A stretch of 64,000 bases of DNA from Camelus ferus (taxonomy: Eukaryota). This document shows, piece by piece, positions 1-12,375 of this stretch. Both the position numbers and the translations under genes were made by a program. Below the pieces are notes generated by a model that saw nothing but the letters and a program-made list of their open reading frames with translations, was not told where the DNA came from and made no database searches. The stretch covers positions 37,946,001 to 38,010,000 of the forward strand of contig NC_045696.1 of the NCBI RefSeq assembly GCF_009834535.1. Direction: 5' to 3'. How positions within the stretch are numbered: the stretch's first letter is position 1; each line of letters opens with the position of its first letter.

Positions 1-2125
1 TTTGTTTTGTTTTCTTTGAGGATGACAACAAAATTATGTGAGACCAGCCATGTTTTAGAATTCGGGGGATATAATCACAAAGTAAAATGCCAGTAACAGA
101 GCATATATTGAGATTACTTCCAATAATGGTCTCATTTTAAACACACGTGGTAAGGAATTTCAAAATCTGTTTGGTAGTGCATAGATATAGCTCTGGAATA
201 TGTCACTGGTTTTCAGAATCTTTGAATCACGATTATCAACTCTGTTTTGTTAACATGGAAAATGACCACATGCTATGATCATGACTTTTTAAGAATAATA
301 TTGGCTTCCACCCTGCTTATCCCCAATTTAGCACATAAACAACATGGTCTACTTTTGGTTAAATATCCCCCCAATGTCTATTCAGTAATCATAGATATGT
401 TCTTAGCCATCTTTCTAAATGACTAATACTGGACTGATGAGGACAAGAATATGTTTAAACTGTACATATTCATTTAGTTTTTACCTGAGCTACATTACTG
501 ATCACTTCTTACAAGCTTCATCATTCCCAAGATCTCTGCTACTCACATTGTTATTTGTGTTAATTCATACTTGTTTTATTTACATTATGTTGTAATTACA
601 TAGCAAAATAACTGAGACAATTAAAGTGTTTACATATTTTTCTTCTAAAAGAGATTCATAGAGTTTTCAAAAGTTACATAAAGCAGAGTTTTTCTTCTTT
701 ATTTAGGTGTACATATAAAATATATGTGATGAAAACATATGTAATAGTTTTCCTGCCATAAATATGCTCTTTGGGAAGAGATAAAATAGCAAGTATATGT
801 GGATACACTTTATAAATCGAAGACCATTTCACGTACAAAGTGTTGATCTTCTTACTCATAATACTATTTGTAAGTAAGATGAGAATTTTTGTTCTTTGAT
901 CTCCAAGACCAAATGCAGTAAAAACACAAAAGAACTTGCCCAACATTAACAAACCTTCATTATTTAGATAAAATAAATATCTAACAGCTTTTTAAAAATT
1001 ATTTGACAGGAAACTTATAACCACTTTCCATTCCTAATCATATTATGCCCAATGTTTTAAATGCCAGACTAAATTTCAATGAACCACATCAAAACAAAGT
1101 GGCATTATTAGTTTGAATTCTGACCATAAGGAAATGCCCTTAAGGTGCGATTTTAGGAGCCTCCTTCACTAGTTTTAACGAATATTACAGCACTTTGCCT
1201 CTGTTGACTCTTTTCATAAATAACCCTTGACCAGCCTACTACCCTTTCTTGAACTACCCTTCAATAATTTTTAGGACATTAGTGGTTTAATTCCTTTTAC
1301 TCTCATTAATGATTAGTACATACTGCTGAGTTTAGCCAATTAAGCAATGTGACATATTCTCATGAATCACTAATTTCAAAAATAGCGTAACCTTATTTTT
1401 TATATACTTCATTAGGCCACAAAGTAATTTGTTTTAATGTTTAAGTTTCGAGACTTCCCATATACAGTAAAAAAAAAATGGCTATTACTATATTTATTCT
1501 TTTATATTTTGCAGGAGTATAGATAAAGCAATTTCAAAAGATTATTAAAACTCCACTGTCTACCATTTCAATCTGTCAATGAGAAAATATATTGCATTTT
1601 AATCATGTCCAAATTCAAGGCATGACAAATGGTGTTGGAAAATGTTAAAATGTTCACACAACGCAAACCTCATTTAAAAAAAATCAAACAGTCCTTGGAA
1701 TGAAGTTTTCAATAGTGGCCTTTGGAAGCAATGACCAACTTTTATTTACTTTTACTAATTTGATCAGTAAGAATAGAACCAACATTTTACACACTATTAT
1801 TTTATAGAAACTGAGTGTACAATCAAAAAACAATACTGATTGGCAAAGGATATAAGGTGACGTGAGGCAGACTCAGGGAACATCAAGTTCAAACACATGA
1901 GAACAGAAAGAGTTTGAGTGTTGACAGAAAATAAAATATATTTATCAAGGAACTGGTAAGTAAGGGACAAGATGGCAGACACTGGGGAGACAGGCCAGTT
2001 GAATCTTTTTGTTTAAGATAAGTAGCGCAGGTTTTTTTTTTTTAATTCAGTGATAATCCATTGAATAGGATTATGACATGAATTGATTTACACTTTACAC
2101 ATATATTAGGGGATATTTAAATGTA

Positions 2126-2324
2126 CAGTGGGCCTTTGAAAAACAGGGGTTTGAACTGTATGAGTCCATTTATATATGGATTTTTTCCCAATAACTACAT
2201 TCTACAGTACAACACAATCCTCAGTTGGTTTAATTTGAAGACGTCGAATCTTGTATAAAGGCAGATTTTCCACTGAGTGGAGGGTTGCTGCTCCTAAGCT
2301 CCACTATTGTTCAAGGATCAACTG
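2126..2324 (+). mobile_element. MER8-like Tigger (Tc1/mariner) MITE
   Basis: TIRs CAGTGGGCCTTTGAAAAACA and (rc) CAGTTGATCCTTGAACAATA; TA target duplications at 2124-2125 and 2325-2326; interior resembles the remembered MER8 consensus (GGGTTTGAACTG..GTCCA.TTATA). Confidence 0.85.
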
Positions 2325-2509
2325 TAATTATTTTCCCTGTAATTCAAAATATTTTATTTTAGAAACAGTTACTCTCGGAAATGTTCCATAGGCTTCACCA
2401 GACTTCAAGAGAAATGTTAGGACGACTGAGATGAATTATGAGGTTGGAGAAACAACAAGCATTGATAAAGTAAAATAAACAAACAAACAAATAAAACAAC
2501 TAAAAGACT

Positions 2510-2715
2510 ACTACAGTACATCAGAAATGAGATAATGACAGTTTGGCCTAAGATAGTGGCACTAGAAATGGATATAAATGGATAGGTTTAAAACATATTT
2601 CCTAAGTAATACCAAAGGACTTGCTAGTGGGCTGAATGTGGAGAGGAGGGGAAAAAAAATCAAGAATGACTCATAGACTTTTGTTGTGAGCAATTGTGTG
2701 GTGACATTTTTGAGA
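2510..2715 (-). mobile_element. L2 LINE fragment
   Basis: Purine-rich antisense L2 signature (GGACTTGCTAGTGGGCTGAATGTGG...AATCAAGAATGACTC...TGAGCAA). Confidence 0.7.
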
Positions 2716-5114
2716 TATTTTCTTTGTATTCTGAGTCCTACATAAAATTAACTCTTACTGTTAAAAAAAGGGAAAAATTTACTTGATATTTCTTTAAATA
2801 AAAATAGAACAGAAGAAATATAAATTTTGAGAAATAAATGAAATAGTTTATTTTTCTGTATTCTAAAATGATTAGAACTAGAATAACATGATCTGATATG
2901 ATGATACTCAAATTTACATTATCATCCTGTGGTTGGTTTATTTGGATGGAACTTTCATATATGAATTAGTGTATTTGAGTTAGCTAGAAAGCAAACATAT
3001 CTAGATACAAATGATGTAAATCTAAGCTTTTGAATCACACATTCAATTATTTTATACTTGGCATTCAGCAATCATGTGGCTCTTTCCATTAATTAATGGT
3101 ATTTGTACTGGTCTAGGAAAGGTGAATTTACCTTTAGATTATTACTATTTCTTGTCTTTAAATAGGGAGAAATCACAGGTACCAAAAGTATTTAATTTTA
3201 AGTGGGCACTCACAAGGGAGAAATGAGGGCTTCTAGTTGGAAAAAGAATAAAAATCAACTAGAAAGTTAATGTCAATGCATTTAAGTAAAGGAGACAAGA
3301 AAATCAGAGATAAGGAAAGAAATACAAGATTTTTAGAGTATCAAAATGGGTAGTTGGCAGCAATTAGGTTTCACAGGCAAAAAAAGATGTAGACAATAAT
3401 GATCATGTAACAAAATGACAGGTGTGACAGGCACAAATCAGTAATGGAGATATTTACAGAGGTATATTACAGCTGCAGGCAAAATTTCAAAATAGGCCAA
3501 GTTTGTTTTCAGTGCCCTCTCACCTCCCTTCCAGCATCCCTGAGTCCAGCTTGAAGCACTCAGTGTCCTCAACTTGACCTCTTGGTGTCTATGCTTTCCC
3601 TGTTCTGGTGTCCATGCAAGTCAGCAATTTTTCATCAACACTTCATAACTGATACAGTAAGTTTACTAGCCTGTATGACATTCATTCAGGCCCTGACTCC
3701 TTCATGATCAAATAATTTAGGAAAGTGCATTTGTTGCTAATTGCTGGATGTGTTCGCAATCTAAATGTCATATCTGTAACGCACTTCATGTATCCAAAGA
3801 GAAAATAACTGATCTGAAAGAGTGATGATTTGATTAGGAAATAGAGATAGACTGTCAGCTGAGATTATCTGTAGCTGGTTGGTTTTTGGGGAATGTAGAA
3901 ATTGTATCAGGTAGCTGTTAGCTGAGAAATATACATATCATCTATCAATAAAATAATGATGTTCCTTTGTGTGTCTATCCAATTAAGAATGGTTTGAGGA
4001 AAAAGTAATTTATAGGTTCTGCTTTTTGAATAGATAGTATATCAGTGGTGATATTAATTATATGTGAAGCACAGAAAGAGAAAATACTAGCAGAAATTTT
4101 CCTACAGAAATAGAGTATATACAGAAATTTTAAGAAAAGCCTCATTTGTACTAATTGAAATGTATCATTTGCGTAAAAATCATGTTTTACACTGAAACTG
4201 TTTATTTAATGACATGTATTTACCAAGCAAGTATATAATTCCAAGTTTATTTTTTCTAGGCTATTATAACATAATAAACCAGCACTGAGATATGCACATA
4301 ATTGAATGAATAAAATAAAATTGTATTTCAGTACTTTACAGAATAGCACATTATGTTGTAGTAGAAATACTGTGAATACTATTACTGTGTAAATCCAAAA
4401 TATGATTTAATCATATGTTTAAAAATGCATTGTATATGTAATTCAATATACTATTGAAGAAAGCAAATATTATTTAAATAACTAAATAAAATTTCATTCC
4501 CTGTAGCAAAATAGGATAAATATAAATAAATAGTTGATGAACTATAATGACAGAATCAACATAATTATTCTATGAATTGGCCTCACATTTATCAACAGAA
4601 TTCTTTGTTAAAATCCTAATAATTTAATTTTGAAATTAAATTACCCAAACAATTAGTTTGAATTATTTATTATTTCACTAGTTTTACAAAATATAAACTA
4701 TAGCATGTACTTAGACCCACAGTTTTGGAAAGTGACTGCCCTTTACAAAATTTATTCATAAAAGCATTTACATAAGTCTCAGTGATCTATTCATAATAAG
4801 TAGCAGAAAAGCAAGAGAAAGCAGAAGATTGTGTAGTGGCAGAAAGTGTGTCTATTATAATTTGAACAGGAAATAAAATACTTAGTGTACTGTCAGATCT
4901 AGATAGGGATATTTCCAACCAGAGTGTTGTATGTGCCATCTCGTCTCTTCTTGATGCTTATAGGAAAATGCAACAGAATGATTTTTAAAAAATTGAAAGC
5001 AACAACCTTCTGGGTTTGAAATTTCCCAGCCTCTCCAGGTGGCTAACCATGTTAAAAGTAAGCAATGTATTCTAGACAAAACCAAATCCAAGGCATACTC
5101 AGGAAAACACAGTC

Positions 5115-5581
5115 CTATTAGTTTCCTATTTCTGTTGCAACAAATTACCACAAACATAGAGGCTTTAAATAATATAAATTTAGTTTCTTCCAATTTGATG
5201 GTAAGAAGTCCAAAATGGGTCTTAGAGGGCTAAAATCAAAGGGTGTCACCTGAGCAGCAATTTCTTCTGGAGGCTCTACTCTTCCTTGCCTTTTTCAGCA
5301 TCTACATTTGTCCACAGTCTTTGACTCATGGCCACATTACTCTGACCCCAGGTTATGCCATTATATTTTCCTTCTCTGACTCTCCTGGATATATTTTAAG
5401 GACTCTTGTAATTACATTGGGCCCACCTAGATAACCCAGGATAATTTCCCCATTTCAACATCTTTCACTTAATCACATCTGCAAATACTTCTATGTAAGG
5501 TAACAGATTCACAGGTTTCAGAGATTGAGACAAGGACATCTTTGCAGGTTATTATTCTGTGGTTGATTATTAGACCACAAA
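5115..5581 (-). mobile_element. MLT1D-like MaLR solo LTR
   Basis: Antisense MLT1D motifs (ATTACATTGGGCCCACCTAGATAA.CCAGGATAAT; TTAATCACATCTGCAAA; AAGGTAACA.ATTCACAGGTT); CAGTC duplicated at 5110-5114 and 5582-5586. Confidence 0.85.
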
Positions 5582-5890
5582 CAGTCTAAAAATAAAACCA
5601 GGGATGTGAGTGTAAAATCCTTTGTTGAAACCTTAGACATATCTAGGGCAGTGCTTCAGAGAACTGATATGCCAAATAACAGCTTCTAAGAATACAAAGC
5701 AATATTGTTCAGCAGCGTAAGCAGAAGAACATGTAGAAGAGCATTTATATCAAAGAAATTTGCAGGTGTGGCTTTTGTTTAGTGAATTTGACCCAATATT
5801 ATTCATAGGAGACCTAAAAAAGTCTTAAGAGAATTGTCCTACACTAACAGCTTGTATTGAAAGAGACAATAACAGAACCAGAGGGGAAAA

Positions 5891-6850
5891 GTCCCATCAA
5901 CAGTGCACAAGGGTTTTCTTTTCTCCATACCCCTACCAACACCTGATATAGCATCTCTTCTTGATAATAGTCATTTTATCAGCTGTGAAGTGATATCTCA
6001 CTGTGGTTTTGATTTACGTTTTTCTGATGATTAATGATGTCTCTTTTCAAGTACCTGTTGGCCATTCAGTTTCCTTCTTTAGAGAAATGTTTATTCAGTT
6101 TCTCTGCTCATTTTTAAATCAAATTATTTTTATTGAGTTGAATGAGTTACTTATACATTTTAGATATTAACCCCTTATTCAATATATGGTTTGCAAATGC
6201 TTTCTCTCATTCTGCAGGTTGCCTTTTAATTTTGCTGTTTGTTTCTTTTGCTGTGCAGAAGCTTTTTAGTTTAATGTAGCCCCACCTTTTGATTTTCACT
6301 TTTGTCACTTGCTTTTTGATGTTATATCCAAAAATCACAGGGAAGATCAACATGAAGGAGTTTCCCCTCTATGTTTCCTTCTAGGAGTTTTATAAACAGT
6401 ATGAAAATTTCACAAAAAAATTAAAGTAGAACTACCATATGATCCCATAATCCCACTTCTAGATACATATCTAATAGAAATGAAAACAGGATATAGAAAA
6501 GATATCTGTACTCTCATATTTATTGCAGCATTATTCTTAATAACTAAGATATGGAAACAATCTAAGTGCCAATGGATAAAGAAAATGTGAGGTATAGATA
6601 TAGATACACAATGGAATATTATTCCGTCATGAAAAAGAAGAAAATCTTGCCATTTGCAACAACATGGATGGACCTTGAGAATATTATTCTAAGTATAATT
6701 ATGTGATGCGATAGAGCTGTTAGCTAACACTATTATGGTAATCATACTGTAATATATAAGTGTATCAAATAAACATATTGTATACCTTAAATTTACTCAA
6801 TGTTATATGCCAATTATATCTCACTTGAAAAAAAAAGAAAGAAGAGGAAA
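5891..6850 (+). mobile_element. 5'-truncated L1 with 5' inversion (5891-~6393 antisense, ~6394-6840 sense with A tail)
   Basis: The antisense ORF2 block starts TCCCATCAACAGTGCACAAGG; the sense block starts AAACAGTATG...AGAACTACCATATGATCC and ends ATTATATCTCA plus an A-rich tail; degenerate GGAAAA-ending duplication at both flanks. Confidence 0.9.
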
Positions 6851-7406
6851 ACAATGTCTGTTGGACACCCAAAATTCTGTATGCAAGTAAGCCTATATGC
6901 AAGTAAGCAGTCTGGAGAAAGTCACTCATCAGCACACAAGAGCTATGTTTCATGGAAAAAGAGAAATTACTCAGAGGACAGTTCCAAGAACCACAGTATA
7001 TAATTCTCAGCCTTTGCGCCATAACCTAGGAACTGGTAATATGTGTCATTCTGGATTTCAGAAATGTTATGGAACAGTGAGTGCTTTGTGTTTCCCCATC
7101 CTCCCCTTTGTTAACTAGAAGTTCTAAGCCAGTAATTCTATGCCTATCCTATACTGTGTACTGAATGTATGGGGGAAAGGGGGCATATAACTTGTGTCTT
7201 TTGGGTCATAGGTCTTCAGATCAAGAGGATCTGCATTCTAGGCACCAGACCTGAGATGGCTTGCCGACACCTAAATCTAATTTCAAAGACAAGATTCTGT
7301 ATTTGAGCTGACGTTGTAAATGGATGAGAACTTGGAGAGACTTTGGAGAGAAGAGATAGATTTTGCATGAGGGGATAGGAATGAAAACATTGGAGGAAAG
7401 ATGGAC

Positions 7407-7919
7407 TGAACTAACCATCCTCCAATGATTCTCATTTCCTTGTATTTACAAGTGTATCGTAGTTCCCTCCCACAATGAATGAGGCTGAATTGTGGCCAAT
7501 TAGGTATTTTGGACACTATTTTTTTTTATTTTTGTGGCTAAGTAAAAAAACATATTAAAACTTCTGCCTTCATTGTATCAGTTGCTCTTGGAGAAGCCAT
7601 CCTATACGCCACATGGACATTGAAGCATCCCTGTACAGGGGCCAACTTGTAAACGAACTAGGACTGCTCACCAACAAGCAACACGAACTTGCCAGCTAGG
7701 ATATATAAGTAAACTTTGTAGTGAATCTTTCAGCCCCAGTCAGTCCTTCAAAAGACTATAGCCCTAGTTAATATCTTCTAGCAACAGACCCAACCCACTT
7801 CAAGAACTTCCTGAACAAGACATGTCAGACCTTCAAAAATTATGAGGAATGATAAATGTTTATGGTTACCTTACATCACTTTGGGATAATTTATTATGCA
7901 GCTATAAATAACTTATACA
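7407..7919 (+). mobile_element. MLT1F-like MaLR LTR (3' LTR of the MLT1-int)
   Basis: TG...CA ends; motifs CTCCAATGATTCTC, TCCCTCCCACA, CAGCCCCAGTCAGTCCTTCA and TTTGGGATAATTTATTATGCAGC...ATACA. Confidence 0.8.
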
Positions 7920-8336
7920 TATGGTTTTCCCTCAAGATGAAAAAGAGTAATTTTATTTCTCATTATGGTTTTCACCAAGGAGGCCTTGCACATGTACACA
8001 GTAAGCAATTCCATTCTATTTCCCACATAAAAGAAATATAACTCATGGCAGAAAACCATTAAATATGACAGAACAATTTTTTTTTCTAACTTCAGCAGTC
8101 CCACTATAAAAAGCCCCTTATTTCAAATATATGAGATGTGATGGCCAGTTTTATCTTCTTGTTTTATATAAAGCTTCAATTTCAGAAAACATTTGTTTCT
8201 GATGTGTACACAAATTTAGTTCTATTTTCTTCTATCCAAATAAAATATAGCAATTCTAGTAACTACATCCTACAACATGTGACTTAGTGATTTTTAATAG
8301 AATGCACCTCTAGCCAAAGTATAACTAGCGCCCACT

Positions 8337-8421
8337 AATTCTCTAGTTATATATACACAGTTCATCAAGTATCTATTAAATTCTCTAGTTAAATATACAC
8401 AGTTTCATCAAGTATCTATCA
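8337..8421. repeat. Tandem duplication, 2 x ~42 bp
   Basis: AATTCTCTAGTTATATATACACAGTTCATCAAGTATCTATTA repeated head to tail with about 3 differences. Confidence 0.9.
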
Positions 8422-9789
8422 AAGACAGAAAGCAACTTAGCAGCAAACATGAGCTATATTTCTCAAAAAAGGAGAAACTGCCCAGAGTCCAGATACAATA
8501 GCCACAGGACATCATTCTTAGATGTTGAGCCCTAAACAAGGATCTGGCATTTTTAAAATGTTACTTTCAGAGAAGCTTTCCTATCTTATCTTTTCCATTG
8601 TTGCCATATGCCTAAAATGAACTATACTCTCCCATTTAAGAAACCTGTGATCATTATGCTTTTTAAACACAGGATATGTGCTTCACTGATGATTCTAGTA
8701 AGAAAAGTGTAACTTCTATTCTTTTCTATTGAGTATATCTAGGAGAAGTTGAGGCAATAAAAGTATTGCTGGAATAACCTAGAATTCATGAGATTTCACT
8801 GCACCTCAAATTTCAGGAAACTCCAAATTATTTGCTTCAAGATATAACATTTTTAAAAAATGTATAACATGTTTCTTTTATTTGCTTTGTAGGCAAATGT
8901 CAGGAATTAGAATCAATACAATGAATTTCAATTTACCAAAGCAGGATTTTAACGGTGGTGGTGGAATTTATATGAAAATGAATTTCTTTTGTCTGCATAT
9001 TGCACAAAGGCCTATAAAATATGCTAATTAAGGAGGCTCTCAAGACAACAAACTATGAACATTGTCAATTTTCCTATCTTTTTGGAGGCTCAATTATCTC
9101 ACAGAAAACGTGAAGAAAAAGTAGAATTTTCTACTGCAGTTACTATGAAAATTAAAGAAACCAATGTTTGTAACCTAATGTCTAAAGCAGAATTTTAAAT
9201 AAGAAAGGTAAAACCAGTTAGTTTTGTCCACAGAGGCCTTACATCTACTAGTAAATATTTCATAGTAGAAAGTTTTGTCCTAAGTCTTTGAGACACAGAC
9301 TTCCGTCACACACTAAGAATATTTCTATTTAAAAGTATTCTGGATTGATACATAAACCATATGACAAATTATCCATATTCAAGAACTGTGAAGTGACAAC
9401 TTCAAAAGAAATCTAGACATAAATTTTCCTGTTAGGAATTTTTTTCTTTGTAGGTATCTTACACTGGCAGCCAATTTGCAAACAAAACTTTAGGAAGAAT
9501 AAAATTGAAGTAAATGGGGACAGCAAAATCATCTGCAATTCGAATATCATCAGGTTTATAAGTTCTGAGGCATCCATCTGGAAAATAAAAATGTACTTAC
9601 CATAGCAACCAAAAAGGTTAAGTTCTTGGGCCAGGACACATATTTTTGGCACACATTTTGAATTGAAAAATTTGGTCTTTCTTATTCTGAGATAACTGGG
9701 TAGGAAGTTGAGATCATTTTCTGTACCCAATATTGTTTCTGCAGTCAGAATTACTAGGTGACAAACAATTAACATAGTTCTGGTTTTTT

Positions 9790-10650
9790 TTAATCTCTAA
9801 ATATTGATCACCATTTTCCCGACATTTAGTCTTTCGGAGACTAAGTTTGAACATAATCTGATATGATTTTTCTGTTTAGCTTTTTGTGTAAGTAACCAGG
9901 TAGTTTTTGCATGGATGTATGTTGATTATTTTTTCCTTTATAACTGTAACTCAAAATATAATATGTGATTGTCTTCTTGCTAATTTTATCTAGGTTCAGT
10001 AAGCACTCTGGGGACACCTACCCATGTAATTTGTCAAATCAGCAAGTTGACTTTCTTTTATTATAAGTTTGATTATTGTTTTTTTTTCCTTTTTGCCAAT
10101 AAGTTAATACTATAAATTTCTATCATTTTTTCCTTTATCCTCAATGCCAACCATGTCATTCTTAGAAAGTTTGGATTACTGGCCTTAGCTTGATATTCTA
10201 GGGGATCTTCTCAAAATGTCCTGAGAATCACTGTTAGAATTTTCCTTAATGTGTTCTTTCCAGTTTCCTAAGTGAATAGATCATAATTTTGCTATTACAT
10301 TTTCAATGACCTTTTAGTCTCTGTTTTCACGTGAGCGCACATATCTAGGAAGGATGTTTTGAATCTTTGGTCGGCTATCATTCCTCTAGATGTTGCCTTA
10401 GGACCTCTCACTTTCCTTTCATTGAACTGGTATTTTCTTGTACCTTTTGAAAAATATAAATCTAACCTATCTAAATATTTTTCCTTTGTTTGATTGATTG
10501 TGGTCAGCTTTTCCTACAAGTCTATGACATAATACTTTGTTTTGTTTTCTTTTTCAAAGTATATTCCACAGTTTGGATTCTTAACTTTTTTTGCTTACTT
10601 ATCTTTGATAAACTGTATGCCCAAATGGACCTAATGTTTGCCAAGGAAGA
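9790..10650 (-). mobile_element. Very old L1/HAL1-like ORF1-region remnant
   Basis: T-rich + strand with only weak resemblance to antisense HAL1/L1M ORF1; boundaries approximate. Confidence 0.35.
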
Positions 10651-11929
10651 AAATATGAGACTATTCCTTTGCTATTGCCACTATTCATCTGGGTGTTTAG
10701 AACATCCTGCGCTCCAATCTACAGCCTGAGATGGATGAATACATCTTTTCACACAAAGCCTGACACCTTTAGTACCTCTATACAGGACAACTCTCATAGA
10801 CTTGCGTGCTATTGCTTCAGTAAGGCCTGTCTTTCAGATATGTTAATCTGAAAATATATTGCCCTGTGGCTCATTCTGATTTTGTTTTTCTGTAAATCTT
10901 ACGTGGCACAGTTATAACTCCTAAAAGAAAACCATGTCCAGCAGCCTTTACTCAGCATCCTGATAGACTGAATGAGTAAAGAAGTCTCAGAAAGTTTTTG
11001 GAAACATAGAAACTGATAATGATGAAAAGTACAATTTATTTCTAGTTTTCCAGGTTTTATAGTTGGTAAAATAAGCCATCTCTAAACCAGCAAGCAGTAA
11101 TCTGTTGGAAAGGCTAAAGTGTTCTTAGCTACTACCAGGCAAACCATACTTGCCTGATAAACAGTGTAACTCCCACAAGTCACAAATTATGTCCCTTGAT
11201 ATGCCTCCAGTTGTTTTTACCTAGTGAAAAATTTCAGATTTTAGAAATAGGTTGGTTATAAGTCTAAGTTTCCATTGATTTGATTGTATGATTTTCAGCT
11301 GTGCTCTATTTTCTCTGCCAAATAGGTATCTTATAGGGGTATGGACAAAGAACATACTAGTAACTCATTAGAATAGTTTGCAATCCTGAAAACTGCATTA
11401 ATACCTGATCTTTGTGGTATTTAATGAAGTCATTTTCTTTGCTTTATATTATTGACAAAATTTCACTGACACTAGCTCTCCAAAAAATAGCACCACAATG
11501 TGTATTTCTATTTCTAAATAATTAATTCAGTAAATAATTTCTAAGGTGAGCTCAAAAGTTGAAAGATCTATTTAAACAAAGTTTATACTAGAGATATTTA
11601 TTCATCTATAAAAATGCATCAATAATGAACCAAATACCATGATTTTTTAAAAACCTCACTTAAAATTGAAATGTCCATAAAAATCAATTTATTGAGAGTT
11701 ATATCTTATAGTATCTTACAGTAGTCTTCAGTAAACAGCTTCTAGTCAGTATTTTTCAATATTTTCACGTATGATGATTATTCATGCATCTTAAAAGACA
11801 ACAATGAGTTTTACTCACTGTTTTGTTCATTAATGTATCCCCACAGACTATGAATGTGGTCAATGGGTATACCTGGTGAGTGACTCTAAGACTACATGGA
11901 CAACGTAACTAAATTAGTCTCATTAGGTC

Positions 11930-12375
11930 AGTAGTAGACAAAAGTGGTTTGCTGACTGATTGGTGACTCTAAGTTTCTTTTGGAGGAAACCAAAGTAGAA
12001 ATTATTTTTATAGTAATTCCAAGGCATTAACTGCCTTTTTTCACTATGCTAACATTTGTACTGATGGTCCAAAAGAAATGGTGGGTAAAAGTTCTGGCAG
12101 TGGTACCAAATTATGCTCATAGTCACTGTATTCTTCAAAGCCATCCACCCACAGAAAAATAGAAATGCCAGTTTCACTTTTTAAATGTCCTTGATGAAGC
12201 AATGACGTCATTAATTTTACTCAGTTTAGAAACTTATGTACACATCTATTTTAAATTTCTGTATGATGAAATGGGAAGAATGCATAAGACACATAAGCTC
12301 TTTTCTTATAACACCATTGTTCTTGAAATGACTGACAGACAAACGGGTTATTCAGATTTGTTATTTTGAGAGGTA
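11930..12375 (+). mobile_element. Charlie1-like hAT DNA transposon fragment (strand = transposase sense)
   Basis: 12051-12098 translates NICTDGPKEMVGKSSG (hAT/Buster CTDGA..MxG motif), followed by HCILQSH (CxxH region) at 12124-12144 and AATGTCCTTGATGAAGCA. Confidence 0.85.

Larger units (their letters stand above)
4880..7406 (+). mobile_element. MaLR internal region (MLT1-int), interrupted by an MLT1D LTR and an L1
   Basis: Matches remembered MLT1-int segments on both sides of each insertion (ATTTCCCAGCCTCTCCAGGTGG; GGTGTGGCTTTTGT; TTTCATGGAAAAAG; GGATTTCAGAAATGTTATGG; ATAGGTCTTCAGATCAAGAGG); ends in a purine-rich PPT-like tract just before the LTR at 7407. Confidence 0.75.

Noticed and set aside
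3513..3656. AG...GTAAGT-bounded 144-bp candidate exon
   Set aside because: All three frames contain stops and there is no other support.
9413..9775. 120-aa minus-strand ORF
   Set aside because: No recognisable homology; it lies beside decayed LINE sequence, and the apparent donor and acceptor sites are too close to define an intron.
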